Shown here one piece after another: positions 37,219-47,294 of a DNA stretch of 64,000 nucleotides; the stretch's first letter is position 1; every line of letters begins with the position of its first letter. The DNA comes from an uncultured Verrucomicrobiae bacterium (GTDB lineage Bacteria > Chlamydiota > Chlamydiia > Chlamydiales > Rhabdochlamydiaceae), in contig CAVSUE010000002.1 in assembly GCA_963731265.1 (NCBI GenBank), positions 96,001 to 160,000 of the forward strand, in the 5' to 3' direction. The position numbers and the translations under genes were made by a program. The notes under the pieces were generated by a model, which made no database searches, had not been told where the DNA came from, and was given only the letters and a program-made list of their open reading frames with translations.

Positions 37219-38265
37219 ATGCGTTCTGTAGCAATTATAACCGGCCCGGAAACTCATCTCGACCATCTTGGGGTTTTAAGCACTCTGCTCCAAATTCCCT
37301 TGCTCGTCACCGAAGAAAAACTCTATCGCGCTGCCAAAGAATTTTATCCCGATCTCGATGCGGTCTGGATGGACTTCAGCGAGTTATCGCTGGAATACCT
37401 GGCCACCCACTATGACGCGATCTTTGAGACAGGAAAGTTTTGGGCGGCCGACCTTCGGCCCTCATTTGAGCTCTTATTCCAAAAAAAGATGCGTTTTGTT
37501 TTTTGTCCTCATGGCAACTCTGACAAAGGGCATACTCTGCAAAAGCATGCCGAACAAGACATTTCTTTGGTTTACGGAGACCATTTGCAAGATTTACTCA
37601 CAAAAACCGGCGCAATGAAGAGTATCCATTCCATTGTACGGACAGGCAATTATCGCTATTCCTATTATCTGCGCCATCACTCCTTCTTCGATCATCTTGC
37701 AAACACAAAAGTGTTTAGCCGGTTCAAAATTCATCAGCCGGTGATTCTTTATGCGCCAACATGGAACGATAAAGAAAATCCCACTTCTTTTTTCACTGCA
37801 ACGGATGCCCTGATCAGCCAACTTTCTTGCTCGTATAATCTTCTCATCAAGCTACACCCTTTTTTGTTCGAGGATCATCCAGCGCACGTTTATCGCATCA
37901 TGGCACACTATGAGAAGCACCCCTCGGTCCTGTTCCTAGAAGAGTTTCCTCCCATTTATCCTCTGCTTGCGCGGTGCGCCTTATACCTGGGAGATTTTTC
38001 TTCGATCGGCTATGATTTTCTCGCTTTTAACAAACCCCTTTATTTTTTGAATTCAATAAAATCCTCCCCCTCTCCACTGCACCGCTGCGGGACAGACGTT
38101 TCTGAAAGGCTCGACGGCCAATTAAATAAATTTTTAAGTGAAACTTTGGAGGCCAATACGGCCAAATATGCAGCGGAAAGAAAGAAAGTTTATCTCTATG
38201 CCTTTGGAAATGAACAAATTGGCCCATTCCAACTCAAAAGCGAAATTTTCAATAAATTAGCTTAA
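37219..38265 (+). CDS. CDP-glycerol glycerophosphotransferase-family protein, tandem paralog
   Basis: PHGNSDKG, LYAPTW, LIKLHP and LGDFSSIGYDFLAFNKP motifs. Confidence 0.82.
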   Translation: MRSVAIITGPETHLDHLGVLSTLLQIPLLVTEEKLYRAAKEFYPDLDAVWMDFSELSLEYLATHYDAIFETGKFWAADLRPSFELLFQKKMRFVFCPHGNSDKGHTLQKHAEQDISLVYGDHLQDLLTKTGAMKSIHSIVRTGNYRYSYYLRHHSFFDHLANTKVFSRFKIHQPVILYAPTWNDKENPTSFFTATDALISQLSCSYNLLIKLHPFLFEDHPAHVYRIMAHYEKHPSVLFLEEFPPIYPLLARCALYLGDFSSIGYDFLAFNKPLYFLNSIKSSPSPLHRCGTDVSERLDGQLNKFLSETLEANTAKYAAERKKVYLYAFGNEQIGPFQLKSEIFNKLA

Positions 38266-38324
38266 TTAACAATGATGATTTATTATATAATCTGCATCTA
38301 ACTTAAAAAGGGTTAAAGAATTTT

Positions 38325-38630
38325 ATGAGCCATTCGAATCAACCCATTACATCAAATGCACAGGAGCCTAGTCACTCTCAGCCTTTGCCCATCCCTCCTT
38401 TTTTTGAGAATGCAGGAAAAATCACTAAAATCGTCGGCGGCATTCTTTTAGGAATTGTGGCGATAGGCAGTCTCGGAATTGGAATCACGATGACTCCTTT
38501 TGCCCCCGAGATCGGCGGAAGCGCGCTCGCCCTTTCGGCGGCTCTTTTCCCCCTAGCGGTATATCTCATTTTTAGCAGCGTTTCGTCTCCGGCACCTGAG
38601 CTCAGTTCAAGAAATATTGTGTCTTGCTAA
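38325..38630 (+). CDS. Inc-like small protein with a bilobed hydrophobic domain
   Basis: S/Q/P-rich N-terminus, then about 50 hydrophobic residues split by TPFAPE; AT-rich upstream region. Confidence 0.55.
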   Translation: MSHSNQPITSNAQEPSHSQPLPIPPFFENAGKITKIVGGILLGIVAIGSLGIGITMTPFAPEIGGSALALSAALFPLAVYLIFSSVSSPAPELSSRNIVSC

Positions 38631-40572
38631 CCGATCTTCTTCTGTAAACAACAGCGGGGATGAAGCAGATCTCAAAGCAAAGATAAATCAAATAGAACAA
38701 TCCTCCTCGATCTGCGCTTTCGAAAATCAATGGCCAGCCCTGCAAAGTTTTCATGCCATAAGCTGAAAAACTCAACAAAACCATTCCAAGAGCGGCTCCC
38801 AATGCGATGACAAAGGAATCCGCCCATTTGAAATGACCGAGATGAAACAGAGCCAAGTAAAAGCAAATGGAGATCAGCAGACCGATTTCATTCGCTTTCC
38901 AGGAATACCTCCAAGTCGATTCTGCCCAAAGAGTCCCTAAAATTGAACCGATCACAAGAAGAAAAGTTCCCAAATAAAGACAAATCACAATGCAGCGCGC
39001 TGCTTTGTCAGACAAGAACTCCCAACGCACCAGAGAAAAATGACCAAGAATTCCGCCAAGGAATAAAATGCCATAGCTAGTGATGACCATCACGGAGGGA
39101 AGCGTCAACCAAACATTCGAGGCGAAAATCGGAGTAGTTGCAAAAGGATCCCGCACATTCAAAGCGTAAAGAAAAATAAAAATGGCTTCGATGAAAACCA
39201 ACGCGGCAATGATCGGAATTCGAGTTGTAAAAATCAAAAAGAACAAAAAACCTACGACAATCGAAAGCCACGATAAAAAAAGACTGGAATCGAACAATGT
39301 CAAAACAGGCGGATACGCAAAGACGACTGTTTTAAAAAATAAAGCGCCGTTGTGCAGAACAAATCCCAATGCCAAAGCTCCCCAGGCAATAGACCGCTTG
39401 GGATAAAAGATGAAACACAACAAACTCAAAAAATATAAAACGGCTGACGAACGGAGGATAGGATATTTGATGAAAAAATTTTCCGCATTCAATTGAAGAA
39501 AAGATGGATAGGCGGAAGGAAATTTTTGCTGAAAGTTCCGATACAGTGCAAAAAAATGATTCAAAGACGGAATGATCTTCTCCGCCGCCCCTTGATATAC
39601 CGATTGAAAAACAGATTCATAAGAAGCTGCGATTTCCTCAGGCGGATCAGCTCCCTTTGAAAAGGGAGAAAAGAATACGGAATTGACCAGGGATTTTGAA
39701 AGTCGAAGATCCCTAAATTGAAAAAAACGATTGAGCAGCGCTTGCAATGATTTGATCCAATGGGGGATTGTCCGAGGATCCTTGAGCTCGATGGCATAAG
39801 GGCAAGATCGGCAAAGCGAGCATAAAAAATTCCAGGGGATCGCTGCTGGCGCGGAAGTCACGACGATCTCATTTTCGAAAAATAAACATTCGATTTCTGC
39901 ATTGTTAACCCGAAGATGCAATTTTTGACCCGGATAGAAGGAGACTCCCTGGGAAACCTTAAAAAAAGAAGCCAGGATCATCTGCTCGATCACCTTTAGA
40001 TTGAACTCGAGCACGTTTTCAAAAACATGGCGCAACTCTTCATAACAAAAGCGATGGGCGGCAGCGGTCAACTGCAATGTTTCTTTTAGCTCTTTTTCGC
40101 CAATCCAGAATAGGGGAAATTTTTCAGCATTCGGAGAATGGAGGGACCAGAGAAATTCAAGCGGGGTAGATATGGGAGAGAGAATAAACTGCCGATGTTC
40201 CGGCAGAAGATAATTCCGATTATAGACGGAATGCATCCAGGAGCTCGCGCAAGATTCGAGAGGACGTATCCTTCCCTCATAATAGACGGGAATAGATCCT
40301 AATTCAGGAATTTCTCGGAGAGAATCTGTTTCAGCCGCAAGCGAAGTCCAAAAAAATAAAATCCATAAAAAAAATCCTATCTGCCTAGAGACTGACCACA
40401 AATCCAGACTTCGTCGCTTTTTGGGATTATTCTGGCCGCTTTTCGATTCTTTTTGTAGGGGTAGTATACACAACTTGATACAACCCCAACAAAAAGAATT
40501 CGAAAATCGGCTCAAAAAAACCCGTAAATCGACAGAAGATGAAGTTGAGGTCAGTCTCTTACCGTTATGCAC
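38602..40572 (-). CDS. Cytochrome c biogenesis CcsA/ResC-like protein, degenerate
   Basis: PVYYEGRIRPL, LNAENFF, PPVLTLFDS, VITSYG and ILGTLWAESTW motifs; multi-TM C-terminal half. Confidence 0.75.
   Translation of the reverse strand: MHNGKRLTSTSSSVDLRVFLSRFSNSFCWGCIKLCILPLQKESKSGQNNPKKRRSLDLWSVSRQIGFFLWILFFWTSLAAETDSLREIPELGSIPVYYEGRIRPLESCASSWMHSVYNRNYLLPEHRQFILSPISTPLEFLWSLHSPNAEKFPLFWIGEKELKETLQLTAAAHRFCYEELRHVFENVLEFNLKVIEQMILASFFKVSQGVSFYPGQKLHLRVNNAEIECLFFENEIVVTSAPAAIPWNFLCSLCRSCPYAIELKDPRTIPHWIKSLQALLNRFFQFRDLRLSKSLVNSVFFSPFSKGADPPEEIAASYESVFQSVYQGAAEKIIPSLNHFFALYRNFQQKFPSAYPSFLQLNAENFFIKYPILRSSAVLYFLSLLCFIFYPKRSIAWGALALGFVLHNGALFFKTVVFAYPPVLTLFDSSLFLSWLSIVVGFLFFLIFTTRIPIIAALVFIEAIFIFLYALNVRDPFATTPIFASNVWLTLPSVMVITSYGILFLGGILGHFSLVRWEFLSDKAARCIVICLYLGTFLLVIGSILGTLWAESTWRYSWKANEIGLLISICFYLALFHLGHFKWADSFVIALGAALGMVLLSFSAYGMKTLQGWPLIFESADRGGLFYLIYLCFEICFIPAVVYRRRSVSKTQYFLN
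40386..40561. mobile_element. Palindromic element inserted in frame in the 5' end of the ccsA-like gene
   Basis: AGAGACTGACC...GGTCAGTCTCT terminal IR with TA at both ends; core shared with 17320-17487. Confidence 0.85.
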
Positions 40573-41051
40573 ACATAGCCTTCTGACAACAATACTTTGA
40601 CTAACTTCTCATTCTTTTCTTCTAAAAGACTTCGATCGATAAAGTGTTTCATGGAGCTTAATGAAAGTTGGCGATCTTTCCCATAAATAATCAGATATTC
40701 TTCTTCTTGCCCATCCCGCACCACAGCGATCATTGGGCATGGAGCATAATTCGGAAGCTCACCCATGAATTCGCCGACACTGGGGGCATCCAAAGCAGCT
40801 ATTTTCCACGTTGTTCCCTGAACATCGAGATCATTAAATGCCAATTGAGCTGGCGAGAGCTGTAAAGGGAGAACAATGCGGGATGAACGGGACGAGACGG
40901 TCACTTTATTGTTTTTGCAGCAAGTCCAATGTTGTTTTTTTGGAGAAGGATAGACTGCGAGAAAGAACACGACGGTACAAGCTGCGAGTGAAAACAGAAC
41001 CAAGCGGTAGCCACGCAAACACTTGAAAATGCTCATTTTTCCGCCAAACAA
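40551..41051 (-). CDS. Hypothetical membrane-anchored protein upstream of the ccsA-like gene
   Basis: N-terminal TM; current stop codon lies inside the palindromic element. Confidence 0.55.
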   Translation of the reverse strand: MFGGKMSIFKCLRGYRLVLFSLAACTVVFFLAVYPSPKKQHWTCCKNNKVTVSSRSSRIVLPLQLSPAQLAFNDLDVQGTTWKIAALDAPSVGEFMGELPNYAPCPMIAVVRDGQEEEYLIIYGKDRQLSLSSMKHFIDRSLLEEKNEKLVKVLLSEGYVCITVRD

Positions 41052-41102
41052 ATTTTCAATTTACACCGCTTCAAGATTTTTTGACACCTGGACTTATGCC
41101 TT

Positions 41103-41150
41103 AGCAGGGAATGGGACATTATAAATTTTATAATATTCCATCCCCCTGCT
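41103..41150. other. Long imperfect hairpin, possible terminator
   Basis: AGCAGGGAATGGGACATTATAAA / TTTATAATATTCCATCCCCCTGCT. Confidence 0.5.
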
Positions 41151-41315
41151 TAGTAAATGAGCAGCTGTACTTTTTCGAAAACATCAATTAATACCAAACC
41201 GTTTTGGCAATGTCGGCCCATTGCAAAACAATGAGCCGCCGGAAATGGGGCGTTGATCGCTCAGAATGAGCGGGGGCTAAGGATCAGGGGGGTGCAACAG
41301 AAACAGATCTTGGTA

Positions 41316-42313
41316 CTACTGACCACTCCCAATGTCCGATGGCCGCAGAACTTCCTCGGCGGGAACCACTGGGACGGCGCCGATGGGTTCGATAGGGATG
41401 CCTTGGCTCAGGTTCACCACGCCTCCCCCGAGGGGAAAGCCTCCAATGGCGAATGTATATTTATCATTACCGATCTTAATCTCATCAGAGGTAATTGAAT
41501 ATGTCTCCGGACGATTATTATTATTCAGAATCTCAAGGACATCAAAATAGGCACGTGTGCATATGGGAACAAGCACGTGCCCTTTTTCTTTTAAAAGTTC
41601 TTTTTGATCTGAACAGTTCAAGTTTTGGCTTTCCCCAGGAACTTCCTTTCGCATCAGGGTCAGTTTGACTCTCTTGGCAATCGTGCTGTATTCTGCCAAT
41701 GACTCAGGTCGAAATTCCGCGAAAATGGGCCCATCGCCTTTCCTAGGGAGTGGATGTTCGGCAAGGATTTTTAAGTTGCTAAGCGAATAGGGAATCCTCA
41801 ATCCATTTTCTTGAGGATTTTTATTCTCGACTGCCTTGGCAACAAAATCCCCATGGCTATGAGGTCGTTTAATAGAGCTTCATTGTTGTCTCTATAAATT
41901 TCGATGGGCTCGACAATGAAAGAAAAGGTCTCGCTAAATTTCTTGTTGGATTCATAAGTGTCCATTGCAGTTTTGAACATCTCGAATGCTTTTTCGCTGA
42001 TCATTGGCACCAGACCGACGAATTCACCCAGGCAGGCCATTTTTTTGGCGCTGTATGTTCTGGGAAGCATAAAGCTTAAGTCTTTCTGGGCTGTGGCAAC
42101 GCGTCCTTCAATGCGTGGAATTTTTTCTACATCGAACAGGGTCAGCCAAATGGCCGGGGATTGCATAGCTGCATTCCATGCTTTAGAGACTTGAGAAATT
42201 CGCCCTGCATCGGCAATTGTTAAGAACTGAAAGCCAAGTTGCGCAATATCCTCGTGAGGAAATGGCCCTGCGGTAAAAAGTACTGAGGAGTTATTATTTG
42301 TAGGTGCTGCCAT
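41316..42313 (-). pseudogene. F-box protein split by a single frameshift (ORFs 41798-42313 and 41316-41801)
   Basis: F-box FPHEDIAQLGFQFL..ADAGRISQVSKAW...W; the downstream frame is open back to about 41880 (HGDFVAKAVENKNPQENGLRIPYSL). Confidence 0.72.
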
Positions 42314-42639
42314 AATGTTTTTTTCCTTTTTTAAATTAAAAAATATTTATTTAACAAATTGTAATTAAGATATAATCTTATTTCAAAAAAATTATATATA
42401 TTAAATTAATATAATTTCAATCTCAAAAAAGCTCATTCAGGGCAAAAGAAATTATAAATATAAATTGAATGGTTGAATTACAGAGGTTTAGTAATTTGCC
42501 TGGGGGCTTTTTTACGCTCTATCAAAAAAAATAAAATCTCTCTTTTTGCTTTTGCAGAAATGGGCACCTTTCTCTTTCCCTTCTCTCTATTTAAATTAAC
42601 CCCCTGCAGACCCAAATTGGCTCAAAATTTGAGCAGCAC

Positions 42640-43791
42640 TCATGGATTAGGAGGAAGTACAAAGACGTGCGTCAACAAATCGAGATTTCCCGCAGTCGGA
42701 GCAGCCTCAATTTCATAGGAAGAAGCTCCTTCCTTGAGAGTTTGGACTTTCGAGACGATGGCCACGCGAAACCCCGGAGGGAACACACCATCCAAGCCCG
42801 TTGTCACTAAGAGGTCTCCTGCCTTCAACAGGGGAAGAGCTTCTTTTTTTCGCATCGTTCCGCTCGGTTCTCCGGAGCGCAGATCACGCGCCGGCCCTTC
42901 GGGATCGGCAAAGTCATAATTGAATCCAACCCCTCGTAAAACCTGACTGCGGGATCGCCACAAAGGATGGCTTGTCCCGTGGAGTTCCCCTTTGGCGAGG
43001 TAGATATTTCCTGACTGCTGCAAAAGTTTTCGTTTTAAGTCATTAAGCAGTGTGGAAAAACGGGTTTTTCCTTCTTGGTCATCAAACAAGTCTTCGCGCA
43101 CTTCCAATGCGAAAACCAATTCCTCCAAATTTTCTAAAACGTAATGGTTCTGTTCTCCACCCCGGCTTGCGCGCACAGAGGGGACTAAGCGGGAATCCGT
43201 AATTAATCTGACGCGGGATTGATGATCCCCCACATATTCCACGATGCCGACAATCGAGGTGCCTAGGAGCACAGGGCTATTTTTGCCGATGATTTTCTTC
43301 TTGAGTTTCAGATTGTCCTTCTCGCCTAAATTAATCCAAAGAGTACTGCTCCAAGAAGCAGGCTCTCGAAAAATGACCTGAGCAGGCAGGGCGCAAATTT
43401 GCAAATCCAAAGCTTGGCAAAGCTCTTCACTGCGTCTTGTGAAAAACCCTTTTAAATCTTCATCAGCGAGATTTGATTTCGAAATGAGCTTGTAACGGGC
43501 AATCTGTTCCTGGATCCGATCTTCGTATAAAAGCCATTGCCTGACATTTTCGATCTGGGAGCGCAAGAGTTGATTTTCCTGAGAAAGGCGTTCGAGTTCA
43601 AGAGAATCCGCAGATGAATATTGAGAAAGAGGCAAAGTGATGACGGACATCGCCTTTAACCCCTTCCAACAAGGGGCAAAAGAACAAACAGCACCGGAAC
43701 GGATGCGCTGAGAGGCTTCTTGAGGCACACTCATCACAAAGAATAAAAAAAGAATCAAAAACAAATAAGGCTGGTAGGAAACTCTGCGCAT
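42640..43791 (-). CDS. mreC: Rod shape-determining protein MreC
   Basis: TM plus coiled coil; WINLG, VGIVEYV..SRVRLITD and GDLLVTTGLDGVFPPG motifs. Confidence 0.88.
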   Translation of the reverse strand: MRRVSYQPYLFLILFLFFVMSVPQEASQRIRSGAVCSFAPCWKGLKAMSVITLPLSQYSSADSLELERLSQENQLLRSQIENVRQWLLYEDRIQEQIARYKLISKSNLADEDLKGFFTRRSEELCQALDLQICALPAQVIFREPASWSSTLWINLGEKDNLKLKKKIIGKNSPVLLGTSIVGIVEYVGDHQSRVRLITDSRLVPSVRASRGGEQNHYVLENLEELVFALEVREDLFDDQEGKTRFSTLLNDLKRKLLQQSGNIYLAKGELHGTSHPLWRSRSQVLRGVGFNYDFADPEGPARDLRSGEPSGTMRKKEALPLLKAGDLLVTTGLDGVFPPGFRVAIVSKVQTLKEGASSYEIEAAPTAGNLDLLTHVFVLPPNP

Positions 43792-43866
43792 TGTCCAATC
43801 CTGAAATTCGATACCTAAATTACTTGCACACTTATACTTCTTGAGCCAGAATAATCATAAATAATT

Positions 43867-44073
43867 ATGAAGCAAGTATCTTTTGACATTGCCGTAATCG
43901 GCGCCGGGATGTTTGGTTCAGGGCCCGATGAACCTGTCACAAGCAAGAAGCGTCTTCACAACGATCATTTGGAGCGTACTATGATCAAGCCAGGATCACA
44001 CGGCGACTGGGCTAATCGCTTTCGCACCATCGAGGCAGAATCGGGAATTTCTTTCTTCCATGAATGCGGTTGA
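43867..44073 (+). pseudogene. Remnant of an FAD-dependent oxidoreductase (sarcosine oxidase/DAO-like)
   Basis: DIAVIGAGMFGS Rossmann start joined directly to GPDEP and IEAESGISFFHECG, then a stop codon. Confidence 0.6.
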
Positions 44074-44101
44074 ACCTCCCTCGCTTAAAGTCGAGGGAGG
44101 T

Positions 44102-45298
44102 TCAATTAGAGACTGCCACGATGGAATCGACAACATAATCGAGATTGTCCTGATTCAGTCCGCAGACATTGATTCTGCCATCACTTGTCATGTAGACGGC
44201 ATACTGATCGATGATCCGTTCAACCTGCTGCTTGGAAAGCCCTGTAAAGCCAAACATTCCCCGCCCTTTTTTCAGATGGCTGAAATCAACAGTTTTGCAT
44301 TTCTTCATCAATCGATCATTCAGTTCTATGCGCATTGTATGAATTCGATTCCTCATTTCACCCAGTTCCCCCTCCCACTTTTTTTTCAGGGAGGAATTTT
44401 CCAAAATCGATGCGACGATCCGAGCTCCATGCATGGGAGGATTCGAGTAGTTGGTGCGGATCATTTGTTTGACGCGAGAAGTGATGTGTTCTGCAATATT
44501 TGCCGATGGTGAAACAATGAAGAGGCATCCGGCGCGTTCGCCGTACAAGGCAAAATTTTTTGCATTCGAGACGGCAGCTAAAAATTCCAGATCATTTTGA
44601 AGAAAATGGCGAATCGCCTCTGCATCTTCTTCGATTCCAACGCCAAAGCCCTGGTAGCCAAAATCAAAAAAGGCAATCAGCCTATTTTTCTTAAAACAAC
44701 AACAAATCGCTTTCCAATGCTCAGCGGTTGGATCGCAGCCTGTGGGATTGTGGCAGGAAGCATGAAGAACGACGATCGTTCCGCCAGGCAGCTTTTCGAA
44801 ACAGGCCATCAGATTTTTAAAGTCGAGTTGATGGGTCTTCGCGTCGTAATAAGGATAGCTCTCGACTTTGAGACCACAGTCTGCAAACACCCCGCGATGG
44901 TTCGGCCAAGTCGGGGTGGAGATCCAAATGGGGTGTTCAGCCTCTTGTTTAAGAAAAGTGCCGCCGATTTTTAAAGCTCCTGTTCCTCCGATAGTCTCAA
45001 AGCAAGCAATCCGGTTTTTTTCCCTCGACCACATTTCTTTACCAAAGACCAAAGCTCCCAACATCTCAAGATAATGGGGTTCGCCATCGATAGGAAGGTA
45101 CTCCTTGCTCTTTTCCAAATCCAACAAAGCCGCTTCCGCGGCTTTGACACAACCTAGCACAGGCGTTCTCAAATCCTGCGTCTTATACAGGCCAACACCG
45201 AGATTCACTTTCTGCGGGCGGGGATCTTTCTCAAAGGCAGCAGTCAATCCCAAAATAGGATCAGGCGGCGCAAGCGCCACTTTTTCGAAGAAGGTCAT
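44102..45298 (-). CDS. Aspartate/aromatic amino acid aminotransferase (AspC/TyrB family)
   Basis: APPDPILGL, NLGVGLY, GGTGAL, HASCHNPTG, SNAKNFALYGER and GRINVCGL motifs. Confidence 0.95.
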   Translation of the reverse strand: MTFFEKVALAPPDPILGLTAAFEKDPRPQKVNLGVGLYKTQDLRTPVLGCVKAAEAALLDLEKSKEYLPIDGEPHYLEMLGALVFGKEMWSREKNRIACFETIGGTGALKIGGTFLKQEAEHPIWISTPTWPNHRGVFADCGLKVESYPYYDAKTHQLDFKNLMACFEKLPGGTIVVLHASCHNPTGCDPTAEHWKAICCCFKKNRLIAFFDFGYQGFGVGIEEDAEAIRHFLQNDLEFLAAVSNAKNFALYGERAGCLFIVSPSANIAEHITSRVKQMIRTNYSNPPMHGARIVASILENSSLKKKWEGELGEMRNRIHTMRIELNDRLMKKCKTVDFSHLKKGRGMFGFTGLSKQQVERIIDQYAVYMTSDGRINVCGLNQDNLDYVVDSIVAVSN

Positions 45299-45421
45299 GT
45301 TGATGTCTCCACTCTTCGTATACTACAAACACTTTTTCTCACGAAGCTTTTGACAACAAAAAAGAAAAGTCTGTAACCTCGGCGCGCTCGAAATGTTAAT
45401 TTTTAATTAAGGAGGTTCTCG

Positions 45422-47161
45422 ATGACATCTCATATCGTTCAGACGGTCGGCAGAGCCGCATTATTCTGTGGAAGCCTCGCATTTGGTGGGGTCAGTTTAT
45501 ACAATCTGGAAAATCGTTTCCTGGATTGCGTCCAAGGGAAGGATGATTTTGCCCGGCACACCAATGAACAGCATGAGAAAAATCGTTTTTCGCAGATGCA
45601 TCAACCTTTCATCCCCAATGCAAAACAGCTGGAATTTATCCAGAAAAATTTTCCTGAATCTGCCCATCTGTTTCCCCGTTCATTAGATGATTTTCAAAAG
45701 CAGCAAGCGCTGCGGACTGCCGTAAAAATAGAGCCTCTAAAAAATTCCCAATTCAAGGACGTTCCAAAGTCAGCAGGCACTGTCGTTGTCGGCGGCCCTC
45801 CCGCGCTGATTTCCTCGGCGAACACTACGAACGTCACCTACATCAATGCCAAGCAAAGACATCCCATCTGGAAAGGCTCTGCATTGCATCTGGAATGGGA
45901 TGCGGAATCAGAAGCCCCTACCACCACTCGGCCTCATCGATTTATATCAAGTGCGGTCTATCGCGCGATCTTTGGTTATCAAAGTATGTACGCCGCTGAA
46001 CTGACCGGATATTTTCCCTGGCGAACACTCGACTGGAAGGGCTGGATGACTCACCCTACCTATTGGATGCAAGGAGTGCGAGTAGGCCTGGCGTTTCAAA
46101 GGCTTACAGGAAGTTACAAGAATCCCCAAACCAGACAAGAGGCTGTCCAGGAAGTCTCCCAGCGCTGCAAAGCCAATCAGAGATACTACGAACAATTGAA
46201 TAGCGAAACCGGCGGCAAACTCATTTCCCACGCTAATGGATCGATCATCGTCGCACGCGATGAGCAAGAAAAAGCAGACTTGGTCGACATGCAGTCTGGA
46301 TTAGCAAAAGAAGGCCGAGAAATACGTATTCTTTCTCGAGAGGAGATGCAAAAGCGTTACGGATTTGCTCCACCGAATGGTGTCGCATTTGGAGAAAAAA
46401 CCCATGATCGCACTCTCTCGCCAAATTATGTGGAATTGATCGCAGGTCGGATCGAAAAGTTGGGAGGAACAGTCATTGACGGTACTTTGACCACCATCTA
46501 TGTCGATGGTCCTCAACAGGCCGGATTTGCGAAATTTAAAACTCCCCAGGGCGAAGAGCGCATTATCCCTTTTTCTGATCTAGTGCTTTCTTTGGGCAAT
46601 CAACAGATTTTAGGATACAACGGCATGCCTTTATTTGATGTTGTCGCAGCACGAGGTGTGTCTGTATTAGCGACAGTCACTCTGCCAAAAGGGCGGGAGC
46701 TTCCCCAAACCATCGTTTGCGGAGGAACTAATCATGTGATTAAATTGGGCGACGGCGTTGAAGTTAAAGGCGAAGACGGTCAAATTCACAAAAGTTATTT
46801 GGTCCGGATGACCTGCGGCGCCTGCATCACACCCAATGTCTCGGAAAAAGAGTCTGCCCATTACGACGCGACGAGCGCCACAGGCCTCATCGCGGCAGCT
46901 CGGCAAACTCTTGACGCCCCTATTGAAGTTTTGACTGTGTATGGCTGTAACCGTCAGGTCAGCGAACACGGGCAAAGCCACTGGATGGCAATTCCTACGA
47001 CCCGCCCCCCTTTTGCTCTTAAACCCTTCCTCTCCCCGCGCGGACATGATCTGGATTTGGGCACCCATCGCCCAGCTAATCAGCGAGGCGTAGTCATCCA
47101 AATGGGTGCAGGCGGAGGCGGATTGACCCAAGCCCCTGCTCAACCTCCTTCCGATCTATGA
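45422..47161 (+). CDS. Hypothetical protein with a DAO-like FAD-oxidoreductase fold
   Basis: TVVVGGPPA, GSIIVAR, RILSREEM..RYG, LVLSLG, ARGVS and GAGGGGLT motifs. Confidence 0.6.
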   Translation: MTSHIVQTVGRAALFCGSLAFGGVSLYNLENRFLDCVQGKDDFARHTNEQHEKNRFSQMHQPFIPNAKQLEFIQKNFPESAHLFPRSLDDFQKQQALRTAVKIEPLKNSQFKDVPKSAGTVVVGGPPALISSANTTNVTYINAKQRHPIWKGSALHLEWDAESEAPTTTRPHRFISSAVYRAIFGYQSMYAAELTGYFPWRTLDWKGWMTHPTYWMQGVRVGLAFQRLTGSYKNPQTRQEAVQEVSQRCKANQRYYEQLNSETGGKLISHANGSIIVARDEQEKADLVDMQSGLAKEGREIRILSREEMQKRYGFAPPNGVAFGEKTHDRTLSPNYVELIAGRIEKLGGTVIDGTLTTIYVDGPQQAGFAKFKTPQGEERIIPFSDLVLSLGNQQILGYNGMPLFDVVAARGVSVLATVTLPKGRELPQTIVCGGTNHVIKLGDGVEVKGEDGQIHKSYLVRMTCGACITPNVSEKESAHYDATSATGLIAAARQTLDAPIEVLTVYGCNRQVSEHGQSHWMAIPTTRPPFALKPFLSPRGHDLDLGTHRPANQRGVVIQMGAGGGGLTQAPAQPPSDL

Positions 47162-47178
47162 AAAATTTTATTTAAAAG

Positions 47179-47204
47179 TAGAGCCAAAAACACTTTTGGC
47201 TCTA
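47179..47204 (+). terminator. Hairpin after ORF 45422
   Basis: TAGAGCCAAAA-ACAC-TTTTGGCTCTA. Confidence 0.6.
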
Positions 47205-47221
47205 TAATGATCCGGATTTTT

Positions 47222-47294
47222 GGGGCGTTAGCTCAGTTGGTAGAGCGCTACGATGGCATTGTAGAGGTCAGCGGTTCGACCCCGCTACGCTCCA
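47222..47294 (+). tRNA. tRNA-Ala(GGC)
   Basis: Cloverleaf GGGGCGT...ACGCTCCA, G3:U70 pair, anticodon GGC, GGTTCGAC T-loop; CCA not encoded. Confidence 0.96.
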
